Part shown: in pieces, positions 28,655 through 38,225 of the stretch | How positions within the stretch are numbered: the first letter of the stretch is position 1 | Layout: every line of letters begins with the position of its first letter | IMG/VR virus record: IMGVR_UViG_3300037321_000115 | Length of the DNA stretch: 64,000 nt | DNA from: a virus | Taxonomy: Duplodnaviria > Heunggongvirae > Uroviricota > Caudoviricetes | Reading direction: 5' to 3' (one strand) | The notes under the pieces: model-generated | Seen by the model: only the letters and a program-made list of their open reading frames with translations | The model's database searches: none | What the model was told of the DNA's origin: nothing | Translations under genes and position numbers: made by a program

Positions 28655-29599
28655 TCAAACTGTATTTTTAGATTTGAACCATTTCGCAGTACGTTTATTG
28701 ATTTCCTTTGCAACCATCTTCCATTCTACACCAAGTTCAGCAAATTCGTTTCTGCTTTCTTTCAGAATATCAGCGTTGATTGTTTTAAGAAATGTCCCCA
28801 TTCCTCTCATAGTATAGGAGCCTTCAAGGTGTTCTTGAACCATCTGTTCACATCGGTTGTCCGTGACGAATTGATCACAGAATTCTCTGACAGAACCAGG
28901 AATTTCAATGTAGATTGAAGAGTTGATTCCTTTAGTTTTCTGTACAAGGTGAGCATCAGATTTGACCTTGAATGTATATGTGTTGTAAAGCCAAAGTGGG
29001 ACCGAACCAGTTTCTGAACATGGCGAGACGACAAGACCTTCACCAACACCTGAGATACCAAAACGCTCTTTGATGAATGGGTCTTCTGATCCAATCTGTT
29101 CCACGTCTACGTTGAGACGTTCTGAAAGTGCTTTTGCACTGCTGACGTCGTTGATGTCTAGTGTTGTTGGTTCGTCGAACCATGGTAGAATCACAATCTG
29201 TGGGTGGTATGGTACATACTCACGAATTGCGGCTGGTTCAGTGATCATGTATTCATCTTTTTTCACTGCGAAAACAAACAACATCTTTGTAGGAATCGAA
29301 GAAACAGCATCAGATTTTTGAACGCCTTTTCCGGCCCACTCGCCGTAGATGATAATATCTTCGTCAATCTTCCAGTCTACAGTACATGCGAACGATGCGA
29401 ACCCTGCATTGTCTGCAAGTGGTGTAACGTCTGTAGTACGCTTTTGATAAAAAGGCTGACCACCTTCAATACGAACTCCAGCGTTTGTACCGTGCAGCTT
29501 TATTTTGGAGCGGTATTGGATCTGGCCAATTTCTTGTCGTTGCATCATCTTCCACGCATCAGCAAACTTGTCGATAGATGTAAATTTAACGAAAGTCAT
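28655..29599 (-). CDS. RNA ligase 2-type (Rnl2/T4 RnlB-like) nucleotidyltransferase
   Basis: 314 aa. Motif I KLHGTN at residues 34-39 (T4 Rnl2 KIHGTN). Downstream EG..V and K-x-K motifs. Confidence 0.7.
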   Translation of the reverse strand: MTFVKFTSIDKFADAWKMMQRQEIGQIQYRSKIKLHGTNAGVRIEGGQPFYQKRTTDVTPLADNAGFASFACTVDWKIDEDIIIYGEWAGKGVQKSDAVSSIPTKMLFVFAVKKDEYMITEPAAIREYVPYHPQIVILPWFDEPTTLDINDVSSAKALSERLNVDVEQIGSEDPFIKERFGISGVGEGLVVSPCSETGSVPLWLYNTYTFKVKSDAHLVQKTKGINSSIYIEIPGSVREFCDQFVTDNRCEQMVQEHLEGSYTMRGMGTFLKTINADILKESRNEFAELGVEWKMVAKEINKRTAKWFKSKNTV

Positions 29600-29671
29600 G
29601 TTTTAGTCCTTTTGCAATCAGCATGCGTAATTGCATGTTGTCCTCTTCCTTTAACAAGTCAGTACAACCTA

Positions 29672-30229
29672 CTACATTTGTAGCCATTTGAGAAGAGCGT
29701 CGTAGCGTGTAGTATTACCTACGCTTTTGCGAACGTACTCGATGATATGTGGGCGCAATTCTTTACCATCAAGTACACGAAATATGAAACTTGAATCTTC
29801 TTTGTGTAGGAGATTTGGCACAAATTTTATGGCAACTTCCTTCTTGTCGCCACTGTGGAGGGCACGCGCAAGCAACACTAGCCCTTCAATTCGACTCACA
29901 ACTGCGTCGAACCCCACGTTAAAACGCTGTTGGTATTCTTCAACGGTTACTCGATCTGTTGCGTCTAGGATAGGGAGAACATCGTCGAGTTTTCCATTAA
30001 TGATGATCTCAAGAATGTGACGTTCGGTTCGAATCTGGTCCTTCACCCTATGAAGCGTGACATACTGATCAGCCTTGACCTTCACCTTGTGGCCGTCAAA
30101 GTCAACGACAAACCCCTCGATGCCCTCAAGAGGACGAGTAAATTCGAGCAATGCTTCTGCAGAAGTATACCTACCATGTGACACTACAACAGGAATGTTG
30201 TACGTTTTGATTTTTTCTATGATGTCCAT
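29672..30229 (-). CDS. rnlA: RNA ligase 1 (T4 RnlA-type), C-terminal portion (motifs IV-V), with its own RBS
   Basis: 185 aa. PLEGIEGFVVDFDGHKVKVK aligns with T4 Rnl1 ENIEGYVAV...K. RBS TAAGAGGGACTT-ATG. Confidence 0.65.
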   Translation of the reverse strand: MDIIEKIKTYNIPVVVSHGRYTSAEALLEFTRPLEGIEGFVVDFDGHKVKVKADQYVTLHRVKDQIRTERHILEIIINGKLDDVLPILDATDRVTVEEYQQRFNVGFDAVVSRIEGLVLLARALHSGDKKEVAIKFVPNLLHKEDSSFIFRVLDGKELRPHIIEYVRKSVGNTTRYDALLKWLQM

Positions 30230-30604
30230 AAGTCCCTCTTAAATGTATAATTCTATTAACTTACATCAGATATCAGTTGAGTTGACGACTGATATCTGAT
30301 GTTGAACGTTGAGTAGGATTTGTCTATAAACCTATTGTCCGATAGGTAACGATAACTGATTATGGACGTGTTGTCCACAGTTGCGAGACCAAAGAACACG
30401 CTCTTTTACGATTGTTGGCAATTTGTTCAAAATAAGTCTTCACACGATTTTCTTTAACGACTCGTCGCACTGTATATCAACTTCTATGGTTTATGTGCGA
30501 ATTGGTAGGTGCTGGTACACACTCTCGGGAAGTTGTGCAAGGAATGTTTGAGACGAATATATCCATAGAGTGTAATCCCCGCAGTTCACCTTGTGCTCCA
30601 ACAT
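30230..30604 (-). other. 375-bp ORF-less structured insert splitting the rnlA coding sequence. Candidate group I intron or remnant of a mobile insertion.
   Basis: No ORF on the gene strand. In-frame stop immediately after the N-part. 13-bp perfect-stem hairpin at 30263-30300. The flanking ORFs together reconstitute a complete Rnl1. Confidence 0.4.
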
Positions 30605-31213
30605 TCACCATTTAGCATTCTCCTTGTTTATGTTGACAAATTCGCCTGTAATGGTATTTCGTACAGCAAGCAACACCATATTCTCTTCTTTGTGCTCAAT
30701 TACCACTTTGTTAAATGGTCCCACATACTCAAAAAGTGGCGTGTAGCCATCTGCAATGCAATCACGTGCAAACTGATTGTATTTGGGGTTCTTCGCGCAG
30801 AACGTGTCCATATAAGCAGACACGTCTGTCAGTCCCATCTTGGTGCACCACCGTACAGTGCCGTTGAACATGATGGGATGTGCCATGCTACCGTCTTCCT
30901 TTGTATAGACAGTGTGGTCAACGGAAAAGTCCAGCACGTTAGGATGTGTCTCCTCTCTTTCGCCGACGTTGAAAAACTTATGGAAGGGTCTTGCTATGAT
31001 GTTTCCATCCAAGTCAAATTTGATGCCACGACATTCACGACGAATCGCACCACCCACATCATCAGGACCACTCATATCGAACGTGTCTTTCTTTGCAACC
31101 ATATAATTGACTACAGTGCCAAACACACGTTCAGCCACAACAAACTCTGACCTCCCCTCAACGTGAGGGAGAACATCAGATAGCGTTTTAATTTCAGGAA
31201 ATTTGTAGTTCAT
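30605..31213 (-). CDS. rnlA: RNA ligase 1 (T4 RnlA-type), N-terminal portion (motifs I-III)
   Basis: 202 aa. ECRGIKF (T4 ECRGIMF), TVYTKEDGSMAH (T4 motif I ILTKEDGSLV), FEYVGPFNKVV (T4 FEFVAPTNRIV). Confidence 0.75.
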   Translation of the reverse strand: MNYKFPEIKTLSDVLPHVEGRSEFVVAERVFGTVVNYMVAKKDTFDMSGPDDVGGAIRRECRGIKFDLDGNIIARPFHKFFNVGEREETHPNVLDFSVDHTVYTKEDGSMAHPIMFNGTVRWCTKMGLTDVSAYMDTFCAKNPKYNQFARDCIADGYTPLFEYVGPFNKVVIEHKEENMVLLAVRNTITGEFVNINKENAKW

Positions 31214-31296
31214 TTTGCACCTCTATTGTGTGGTCTTTTTTGTTCGAAAAGCAGTCTGTCCAACAGAATCAAATACAACGACATCGTCGATGCCAG

Positions 31297-31338
31297 TCTG
31301 GAAGATTTCACAAGATGTTTCAGTTGTGAAATCTTCCA
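31297..31338. other. Perfect 15-bp stem / 12-nt loop hairpin in the spacer upstream of rnlA
   Basis: ctggaagatttcaca-(12 nt)-tgtgaaatcttccag. Lies inside the small tracked ORF 31223-31408. Confidence 0.7.
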
Positions 31339-31559
31339 GATAAGAGAACGTGCCGATCAGATTGCATCGTAATATTCTTTGTGTTGTTTGTACAGCACAA
31401 ATTAGCATCTCCGTCAGGAATAATATGTCGAGGTGATCACCTCAACACGAGGTTGTCGTCGAATCTTTTTCAAATCTTTTTTCTGCCTAACAGCCTCGTG
31501 TATCATCCAATAGAAGAGTGGAATATACGCGACAATCATTGCAATGCCAAGGTTCAAGA

Positions 31560-32429
31560 TCAGTTACTCATGTTCATGAATGGTACTGTAATATCGGGCA
31601 ACATTGTCGTTGGTAGCTTGCCGTCCCAGCGCTCTGCTTGAACAAGACTGACAAGATTTGGGTTATCGCGAAGTGCGTTGCCCCTTGCTTTGATCGCCTC
31701 TGCCTCAGCATTGCCAAGAAGAGTGATTGCCTGTGCTTCTGCGGTCGCTTGTGCCACACGGGATGCTGCATCTGCCTCTGCTTGAATCACTTTAATTTGC
31801 GCCTGCACCTTTTCGCGCTCTGCATTCTGGCCAATCCTTTGAACTTCTACCTCTGCTTCCATCCGTGCAGCAATCGCTCTTTCATAGCTATCATCGAAAT
31901 CAATGTTTTCGACTTGTACGCTCTCAATTGTGATTGGGCCATCGACACTTTCTTGAATTGCCTGTTGAATCTCCACTACAAGTCTGCTCCGCTCTTGAAT
32001 AGCAGTCACTGCATTAAACCGACCAAAAACATTCTTAGTTTCGTCCATGACTTGACGATCGAGTAGTCTATCAGCAAGACGTTCCACACTTCCATAATCT
32101 TGATAGACGCTAACGACCTCGCCAGGCGGCACTCGAAAGTTTACGCTAACAGTAAGACTTGCTGTCTGCTGATCGCGGCTATACGTCAAAACATTTTCGT
32201 AGATTTTGACTTGGCTGCGAAGGTCAATGTCAACAACTTTGTCGATCACGGGCACTTTGAAACCAAGCCCTGGCTCAGCCACACCAACCAAAGCACCGTT
32301 GCGGAGCTGGACACCTAGTTCACCTTGATCGACCGTGTACCAACTTCCACCTACGACTGTAAGAGCTAGAATCCCTGCAAACACTGCACTGACAATTTTA
32401 ATTATCATCGTTTTTTGTTCCTTTTCCAT
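31560..32429 (-). CDS. SPFH / band-7 (prohibitin/HflC-like) membrane protein
   Basis: 289 aa. N-terminal TM helix, then the SPFH core (YTVDQGELGVQLRNG...) and an Ala/Glu-rich coiled-coil tail. Confidence 0.8.
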   Translation of the reverse strand: MEKEQKTMIIKIVSAVFAGILALTVVGGSWYTVDQGELGVQLRNGALVGVAEPGLGFKVPVIDKVVDIDLRSQVKIYENVLTYSRDQQTASLTVSVNFRVPPGEVVSVYQDYGSVERLADRLLDRQVMDETKNVFGRFNAVTAIQERSRLVVEIQQAIQESVDGPITIESVQVENIDFDDSYERAIAARMEAEVEVQRIGQNAEREKVQAQIKVIQAEADAASRVAQATAEAQAITLLGNAEAEAIKARGNALRDNPNLVSLVQAERWDGKLPTTMLPDITVPFMNMSN

Positions 32430-32545
32430 TTTTGTTCTTTAGCATGAGATTGTAGGAAAGAGTCATTACTCCATATCCAACAATACAACCAACCATAATA
32501 GCGCCAAGTAAGGCAAGTATCACCATTTTCTTTTGTTCTTTCTAA

Positions 32546-33025
32546 TTAGCGCTCTTCGTTTGGGTAAGTGCTATTTGGTTTGAAAACGTACTGGGGGGAG
32601 TCAGGTCTCGACCACGGAAATGCAACGTCCACACTACTCTCCGAATTTGTAAAATACGATTTGTAGGGCTCACCACCTTCATAAGAAAACCATTCCCAGA
32701 ACACTTTACCTTCAGTCCAATATGCAACACCGTTAGTGTTTTTGAACACTGACGAATCGCGAATATTTTGGCTGATCCTATCATTGTCGAAATGTTGCCA
32801 CTCTTCATCATTGCCTGTAAGCGGTGTAAGCGGTTTCCATGATGCAAGCTGCTCAAAAATTCTAATTGCAAACGGTGCTGAAGAGCCACTGTGTCCCTGT
32901 TCCGAAAACACTTGGAGCAGTTGAATTACATTCTCGGCGATCCACTTGTCTGGACCGTCTTCAGGATCGTCTGTGCTATATCCCGCACGTCGCAATTCAT
33001 CACGTGCCCATGTCAATTTGTTCAT
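32546..33025 (-). CDS. Hypothetical protein
   Basis: 159-aa ORF, Trp-rich. Confidence 0.35.
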   Translation of the reverse strand: MNKLTWARDELRRAGYSTDDPEDGPDKWIAENVIQLLQVFSEQGHSGSSAPFAIRIFEQLASWKPLTPLTGNDEEWQHFDNDRISQNIRDSSVFKNTNGVAYWTEGKVFWEWFSYEGGEPYKSYFTNSESSVDVAFPWSRPDSPQYVFKPNSTYPNEER

Positions 33026-33299
33026 TTTGTTAACTTCCTATGCTAGTTAATAATTGCACACTTGTAGTGTAATATCTGTGGTAGGTTTCAGGAAAAACAC
33101 AGTGACATATTGGTCTATTCCTGGCCGTCTTTTTCAGGGTTGTTGTATAGAACGCCATAATATCCAGCAACATATGGTTTATTTGCAGGATAGGATAATT
33201 TACTCATTTTTCAATCCTTCACGCTCACTGATATTGAAAAAATTGTTTGCTGGACGAATCATAACATCATCAACTTTTCAACTCGTTTAACATATAGTG

Positions 33300-33554
33300 T
33301 CAAGTCATTTGCTGTACAATTTTACGAAGCGCGGTATCAATGTGATCGTCATCAAGATACTGGTAAACTTTGTCGAACCAAGTTTGCCGCTTTTCACGGC
33401 CTACACTCCAAACCATATCCCACCGCATACGTTTATCAGACCAGCCATTAATTTTAGCTTGTTCAACCCAATCTGATGTTTTTAGACCGTGGATATTATC
33501 ATTTTCGATAATAATCTCTTTGAGTTGGTTGAAATCGTTTTCAGCCATTTTCAT
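33300..33554 (-). CDS. Hypothetical protein
   Basis: 84-aa ORF. Confidence 0.35.
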   Translation of the reverse strand: MKMAENDFNQLKEIIIENDNIHGLKTSDWVEQAKINGWSDKRMRWDMVWSVGREKRQTWFDKVYQYLDDDHIDTALRKIVQQMT

Positions 33555-33791
33555 AGTTTTTCCTAAACCTGTTTCACAAAGAAGTTTTTCACCACTCGAC
33601 TGTATAACCCATACTCTTCAAGTAAAACACTTCATCTATCATACTGTTTCCACTGAACCGCTCATAATGCCTACCTTCTACAAAGAAATCGTTTCTGTAG
33701 AAGGTTTACATAGTGATTCCCCTTCCTTATACATTAAACGTAGCATATCTGTCAAGGAGTGTCAATCAGTATTTTTTGTTCTCCTACCATG

Positions 33792-34256
33792 TCAAAGGTC
33801 AATTTGGCTCAATTGTTGCAATGTCGAAGGTGTATTGGTGTGGTGAACAAACACTCCTCCGCCATCAATCCACTTCTGGCTGTGCTTCAAGAAATCATCG
33901 ACGAGGACGTCTCCTGGCTGACAGTAATCTACCTTATCCCTAGACAAGCACGTGACCATTGGAACGCCCTTGAAGTGTTTGTCACGCCAGATCAGCTTCT
34001 GCTGAACAGACCAGGTCCCGCGTGGACATCCTGTGAGTATGATAGGGCGATGATGTTTTACAGCAGCATACAGCTCAAGAGCGTCGGACATAAGAGGCAT
34101 GTCCTCAAAGAACTTTTTGGAATTTTGTATCAGATTCCAAAAAGTTCCAGAACCGTGTTCGTCTTCGTATGTTTGACCTGTTGTCCCTGCAAGCAATACA
34201 AACTGCTTGTCAAAATCAGCAAGAACGCCATCGCAGTCTAAAAATAGTTGTCTCAT
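33792..34256 (-). CDS. 5'(3')-deoxyribonucleotidase (HAD superfamily, NT5C-like)
   Basis: 154 aa. N-terminal LFLDCDGVLADF is the signature of phage deoxyribonucleotidases. Downstream GD...DD. Confidence 0.7.
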   Translation of the reverse strand: MRQLFLDCDGVLADFDKQFVLLAGTTGQTYEDEHGSGTFWNLIQNSKKFFEDMPLMSDALELYAAVKHHRPIILTGCPRGTWSVQQKLIWRDKHFKGVPMVTCLSRDKVDYCQPGDVLVDDFLKHSQKWIDGGGVFVHHTNTPSTLQQLSQIDL

Positions 34257-34378
34257 AATTTACCTCATTGTTAAAAATTGTGGACGTGTTTGTAGTTTCT
34301 TGACCGCGTTCCAGCTGTGATTCTTTCATGCTCTCAACGCACAATGAAGGTTCGATCGTCCAAGTCAACAGTTGACTT

Positions 34379-34606
34379 TCACAGTACGAAGATCTCTTTC
34401 TTCGCGTACAGATCAGAACTTTCGACGCTGCCGTGTAGAATATAGCCTTTAAATGCCAGACAATCACGATAATCGTTTATCACTCGACCCAAAGCCTTTA
34501 TTCCCTCAAGATATGCTTCTGGTGGCGTATTTTGCACGTCGTTGTTGGATCTTGAATTCTCATGAAAATGCCCACATCGTGGTAGTGTTGGTAGATCTTT
34601 TGTCAT
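34379..34606 (-). CDS. Hypothetical protein
   Basis: 75-aa ORF. Confidence 0.3.
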   Translation of the reverse strand: MTKDLPTLPRCGHFHENSRSNNDVQNTPPEAYLEGIKALGRVINDYRDCLAFKGYILHGSVESSDLYAKKEIFVL

Positions 34607-35109
34607 TGTTCACAATCTCCTACTTTAATGGGTACGCCACACACTCAAAAACGATTTTGGTGGCCACTTGTACATTTTTTGTACAAGTGGTCTGCTGTGG
34701 CCTGTTCTCGGATAGGTCCGCCACACGATCAATTTTTCTCGTCACGCTCCATCCATGACTCTGCATATTTGTCGTACCAACGTTGCAGACCAGTGCCAAA
34801 TGCATACGCTGATCCAAACAAAACCACGTTTCCGACAATGTAATATACTAAATCGTTCATTTTATTCGTCCTTTATGTTGTTACTATGTTGGATCTTGAG
34901 TTCTCATGAAAATGCCCACATACACGATCCAAACAAAAAGTAATGGGGGGAGCACGAAGAGCAACATTGTTGCCATCAAGAAGTTTTGACTGAACACGAT
35001 AAATGTCCCCCTGACGAAGATCACGATTAAAACAGCAAGGGATAACAGCAAGAAGTATTGTTCCATGCTTACATCTTACGCCAGTTAAAGATGTAAATCA
35101 ACGACATTT

Positions 35110-36456
35110 TCAAGACAGATCCATTGCCATTCTCTTGGTCTCGAGAGCACGTTGGAGCGTGTCTGTATCTGTTCTATCATCACGAACCTCAATAAACCGT
35201 GGGTGGGAGAGAGCGTAAAAATCGTTGTCTCGTCCCTTTGTAATATCATTGCATTGGACTGTAATAATCTTGCCGATCATTTCTGCACGACGGGAATTGA
35301 AATCTTTCAATAGTGCATCTGTGAACCCTGATGTTCGACCTTTAATCTTGCCATCGTCAGACTCAAACACAATTGCACCGAATGTTTTTTCGCGTGACGT
35401 TCCAACAGTGCCTTCTTGGAATCCTACAATCCTCAAATCAAGATCAATGACCAGCTTCAACTTCAATTGTTGTGGGTTGGTGCCGTCACGGAACACAGAG
35501 TTCGAGTCCTTTAGAATTGCACCCTCAAGTCCATCGTTCATCCATTTCATACAGTGTCCAAGAGCTTCGCTCATGGTGTTTACAACATGCGTTTCGATCA
35601 GTCTGATTTGTGGAGATGTATTGTCAATAAGAATTTTGCGCAACTCTGCCAATCGTGTGGCGTATGGTGTCTTGCACTTCTCTTTCTTCGTAGCTGTCGC
35701 ATACTCTTCGGGAGTGACGTAATCCCAAACGTCGAACACGATTTGACTATGAGGAGGTGCACTGCTGTTGATAAGACCATTGCCCTCAGCGCGATTCATC
35801 ACAGTGCCGTCTTCGTTGATCACTGTCAATTCTCCAAAATAGTGTCCGTTTGGATAATCCTTCATTAGATCAAAGTGCACAGGATATTCATATTCTTCAC
35901 CCGATCGCGAGCTTGATGACGTGCCACTTGCATCACACACGAACTCGCGATACGTGCCGTCCGCTTTGAGCTGAACAATGGCCCCTACAACATTAATCTT
36001 CTTTGCAGTGTCTTTGTTGTAGATTCCGCAGCGCATGTAAACGGGCCTATTAATCAGGCTCGGAAACACCTTATTAATCTGTGTTCGTCCACAATTAATC
36101 CGAAGATCGCGGTTCAACACCTTCGTCATTACACTGCGATCTTCATCAGAGAGAGACCTAAAAACCACATCCATCTGTTCAATCGCAGCGTTGCCTGTAA
36201 CCTCTCTTGTGGACAGCTTAGTCTCCAGAAAGTCGAGAGCATCGTCTAAAGACAATGTTGGGATTGAGTTGGAAACAAACGGAGATGTCTCAGGTTTGTT
36301 CCAATGGTTCATCGTAATGTAGTAACGATATGCAACCTTGTCGTATGTCATCATCAAAACACGCTTGAGCTGTTCGTTGCTCTTATGTTCCTTCAGAACG
36401 CCGAGCTTGTAGTTTGCACTGTTGTTTTCACACAGAGCATTGATAATATCGTGCAT
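35110..36456 (-). CDS. 30: ATP-dependent DNA ligase (T4 gp30-like)
   Basis: 448 aa. Motif I VQLKADGTYRE (KxDG), motif IV EGAILKD, motif V LKLKLV. Confidence 0.85.
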   Translation of the reverse strand: MHDIINALCENNSANYKLGVLKEHKSNEQLKRVLMMTYDKVAYRYYITMNHWNKPETSPFVSNSIPTLSLDDALDFLETKLSTREVTGNAAIEQMDVVFRSLSDEDRSVMTKVLNRDLRINCGRTQINKVFPSLINRPVYMRCGIYNKDTAKKINVVGAIVQLKADGTYREFVCDASGTSSSSRSGEEYEYPVHFDLMKDYPNGHYFGELTVINEDGTVMNRAEGNGLINSSAPPHSQIVFDVWDYVTPEEYATATKKEKCKTPYATRLAELRKILIDNTSPQIRLIETHVVNTMSEALGHCMKWMNDGLEGAILKDSNSVFRDGTNPQQLKLKLVIDLDLRIVGFQEGTVGTSREKTFGAIVFESDDGKIKGRTSGFTDALLKDFNSRRAEMIGKIITVQCNDITKGRDNDFYALSHPRFIEVRDDRTDTDTLQRALETKRMAMDLS

Positions 36457-36585
36457 ATGCCTTGTTCCTTAACTAATAATTATATTCTCTGACTTTACTT
36501 CAGATCTGTGCGATCTGCAACAGGAAGTCCTTGCTCCTTGTAGTCAAACTTGGGCTCTTCGTCCGTATACATAACCAACAGTAAT

Positions 36586-36628
36586 GTGGAGTGCTTTTTA
36601 TGACACTCCACATTTTAACTTAGCTGTC
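36586..36628. terminator. Hairpin plus T-run. Candidate bidirectional terminator between the ligase start and the next gene.
   Basis: tgtggagtg-cttttatga-cactccaca, then tttt on the plus strand. Confidence 0.4.
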
Positions 36629-36789
36629 ATCATCATCATCATCGGCATCGGCATCGACGATAGTCCATTCTTGATCATCGTCCATAAAACCATCATCGTA
36701 CATTGCTGAATATATATCATCAACAATGTGATCGTCTCCTCGAATTAGTCCCATGCACCAGTTTGCGTATTGTTCTGCTGTAGCCATTG

Positions 36790-37170
36790 TTATTCTCCCT
36801 TTGAAAATTGAATTGGTCCGTTTTTTAATGTCTCAAGTGATTCGTCCACCCATTCCTTGCTTTCAGACGAAATGGCCCAACACAACGAGACTCCTATTGA
36901 TATTACAACCAGCCCTCTAAGAATGCCCCAATGGAACAGCGCTCCTGCAGGCACGGTCCATGTCAAGAACATTGTGATCCCCAACAACACAGAGATAGTC
37001 AAACCGCACAATGCTAGACTAATCAAGACCATTGTGAGAAAACTAACAACATGGAGGACTATTTCTACGAGTTTCAACATTTGACCACCTCTTGAAATGT
37101 GGAACGCTTGACGTGAAAATCTCTCGACGTTGCACTGGTTATGTCTGATGCAACGAATGAAAACATGCAC
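36790..37170 (-). CDS. Hypothetical membrane protein
   Basis: 126 aa, 3 TM helices. Confidence 0.4.
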   Translation of the reverse strand: MHVFIRCIRHNQCNVERFSRQAFHISRGGQMLKLVEIVLHVVSFLTMVLISLALCGLTISVLLGITMFLTWTVPAGALFHWGILRGLVVISIGVSLCWAISSESKEWVDESLETLKNGPIQFSKGE

Positions 37171-38225
37171 AGTGAAGTTTGTGCTGAACTTGGCGGCTGA
37201 AGTGCCATTTCAGGAGTGTTGTATAGTCCTGTGATCTCACCGGTTTCTTCTTTCATTGTGTATTGAACCCTTTTGAAGTTGAAGAGTCCTTCATACGTGT
37301 TGCCATCTACATGTGTCATCCACTTGTATCCGTTAAACATCGTGTTAGGGTCAATTTCCTCCATATTGACGCCGAGCAACGTCAAAGCAGTCTTTTCAGC
37401 AGCGTCCATAGGAACAGCAGCGCCATTAACTATTTTATATGTTTTGGAGCTTGAATTCATGCTGTTGTTACTGTATGGAATTGTTAGAATTGGAACAGTC
37501 GAGCCAGTGACGCTCACCTCAAGGTGTTCGGCCTTAATCTTGTCGTACGATTCAGTCACTACATCGATATCAAGAACAAGATCGCCCAGAATTTCCAATG
37601 CAGCTTCGTATGAGAATTCTTTATCCGTAACCATAATTTTGATCTGTCTGCCGTAAGATCCGCCAATGGCTGCTTCAAGTTCTTCCCACGATGTTGGCAT
37701 CCCTGAGTTGATCACAGCAAGAGACATTTTGATCGACTGTGTCTTAGGTAAGTGGTATCCTTTGGACGTGTACTTACTGACGCGTGTCAGACTATTTAAT
37801 GGGTATTTTGTCTTAGGATTGAAGTACAGTGTTCTGCTTGCCACAGAAGGCCAGAAGTCTTTGTGAAAATGGTATTCAAGCGTATCTGTGTCAAATGCGC
37901 CCATACAAACAGAGAAATCGAAAAAGTCAAAAATCTTTTCGGGATTTTCAAATGTGTCAAACGTCATCACCTGAATGATGCCGCGCTCGCCATTGTCTTT
38001 TACAACGTCATTGCACTTCCATGTCACCGCTCGGTCCGAATAATTGACCACAAAGCAGTTCGATTCTTGCAAAATGTAGAACAGCGTGATCATCGCCTCT
38101 TTAGACTTTGGGTAAAGATCATAATCTGATATTTCTGTTTTGGTTACTGTGGAAAGAATCGCCCCACCCGCAAGGTAGCAACCAGGAACCGAAAACGGAA
38201 GCGGATTCTTAGGTAATTTGCTCAT
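37074..38225 (-). CDS. Pol-beta-superfamily nucleotidyltransferase-like protein (CCA-adding-enzyme head-like or CD-NTase-like). Function unassigned.
   Basis: 383 aa. GCYLAGGAILSTVTKTEISDYDLY fits hGGx10DhDh, the NTase-fold signature. Confidence 0.35.
   Translation of the reverse strand: MSKLPKNPLPFSVPGCYLAGGAILSTVTKTEISDYDLYPKSKEAMITLFYILQESNCFVVNYSDRAVTWKCNDVVKDNGERGIIQVMTFDTFENPEKIFDFFDFSVCMGAFDTDTLEYHFHKDFWPSVASRTLYFNPKTKYPLNSLTRVSKYTSKGYHLPKTQSIKMSLAVINSGMPTSWEELEAAIGGSYGRQIKIMVTDKEFSYEAALEILGDLVLDIDVVTESYDKIKAEHLEVSVTGSTVPILTIPYSNNSMNSSSKTYKIVNGAAVPMDAAEKTALTLLGVNMEEIDPNTMFNGYKWMTHVDGNTYEGLFNFKRVQYTMKEETGEITGLYNTPEMALQPPSSAQTSLCMFSFVASDITSATSRDFHVKRSTFQEVVKC

Noticed and set aside
30593-31150. 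Plus-strand ORFs such as 30593-31150, 21787-22428, 25540-25929, 8271-8675, 33370-34241 and 56534-57175
   Set aside because: They lie antisense within well-supported genes with motifs (rnlA, kinase, SpoT-like, gene 23, nucleotidase, fibre gene) and lack RBSs. These are shadow ORFs.
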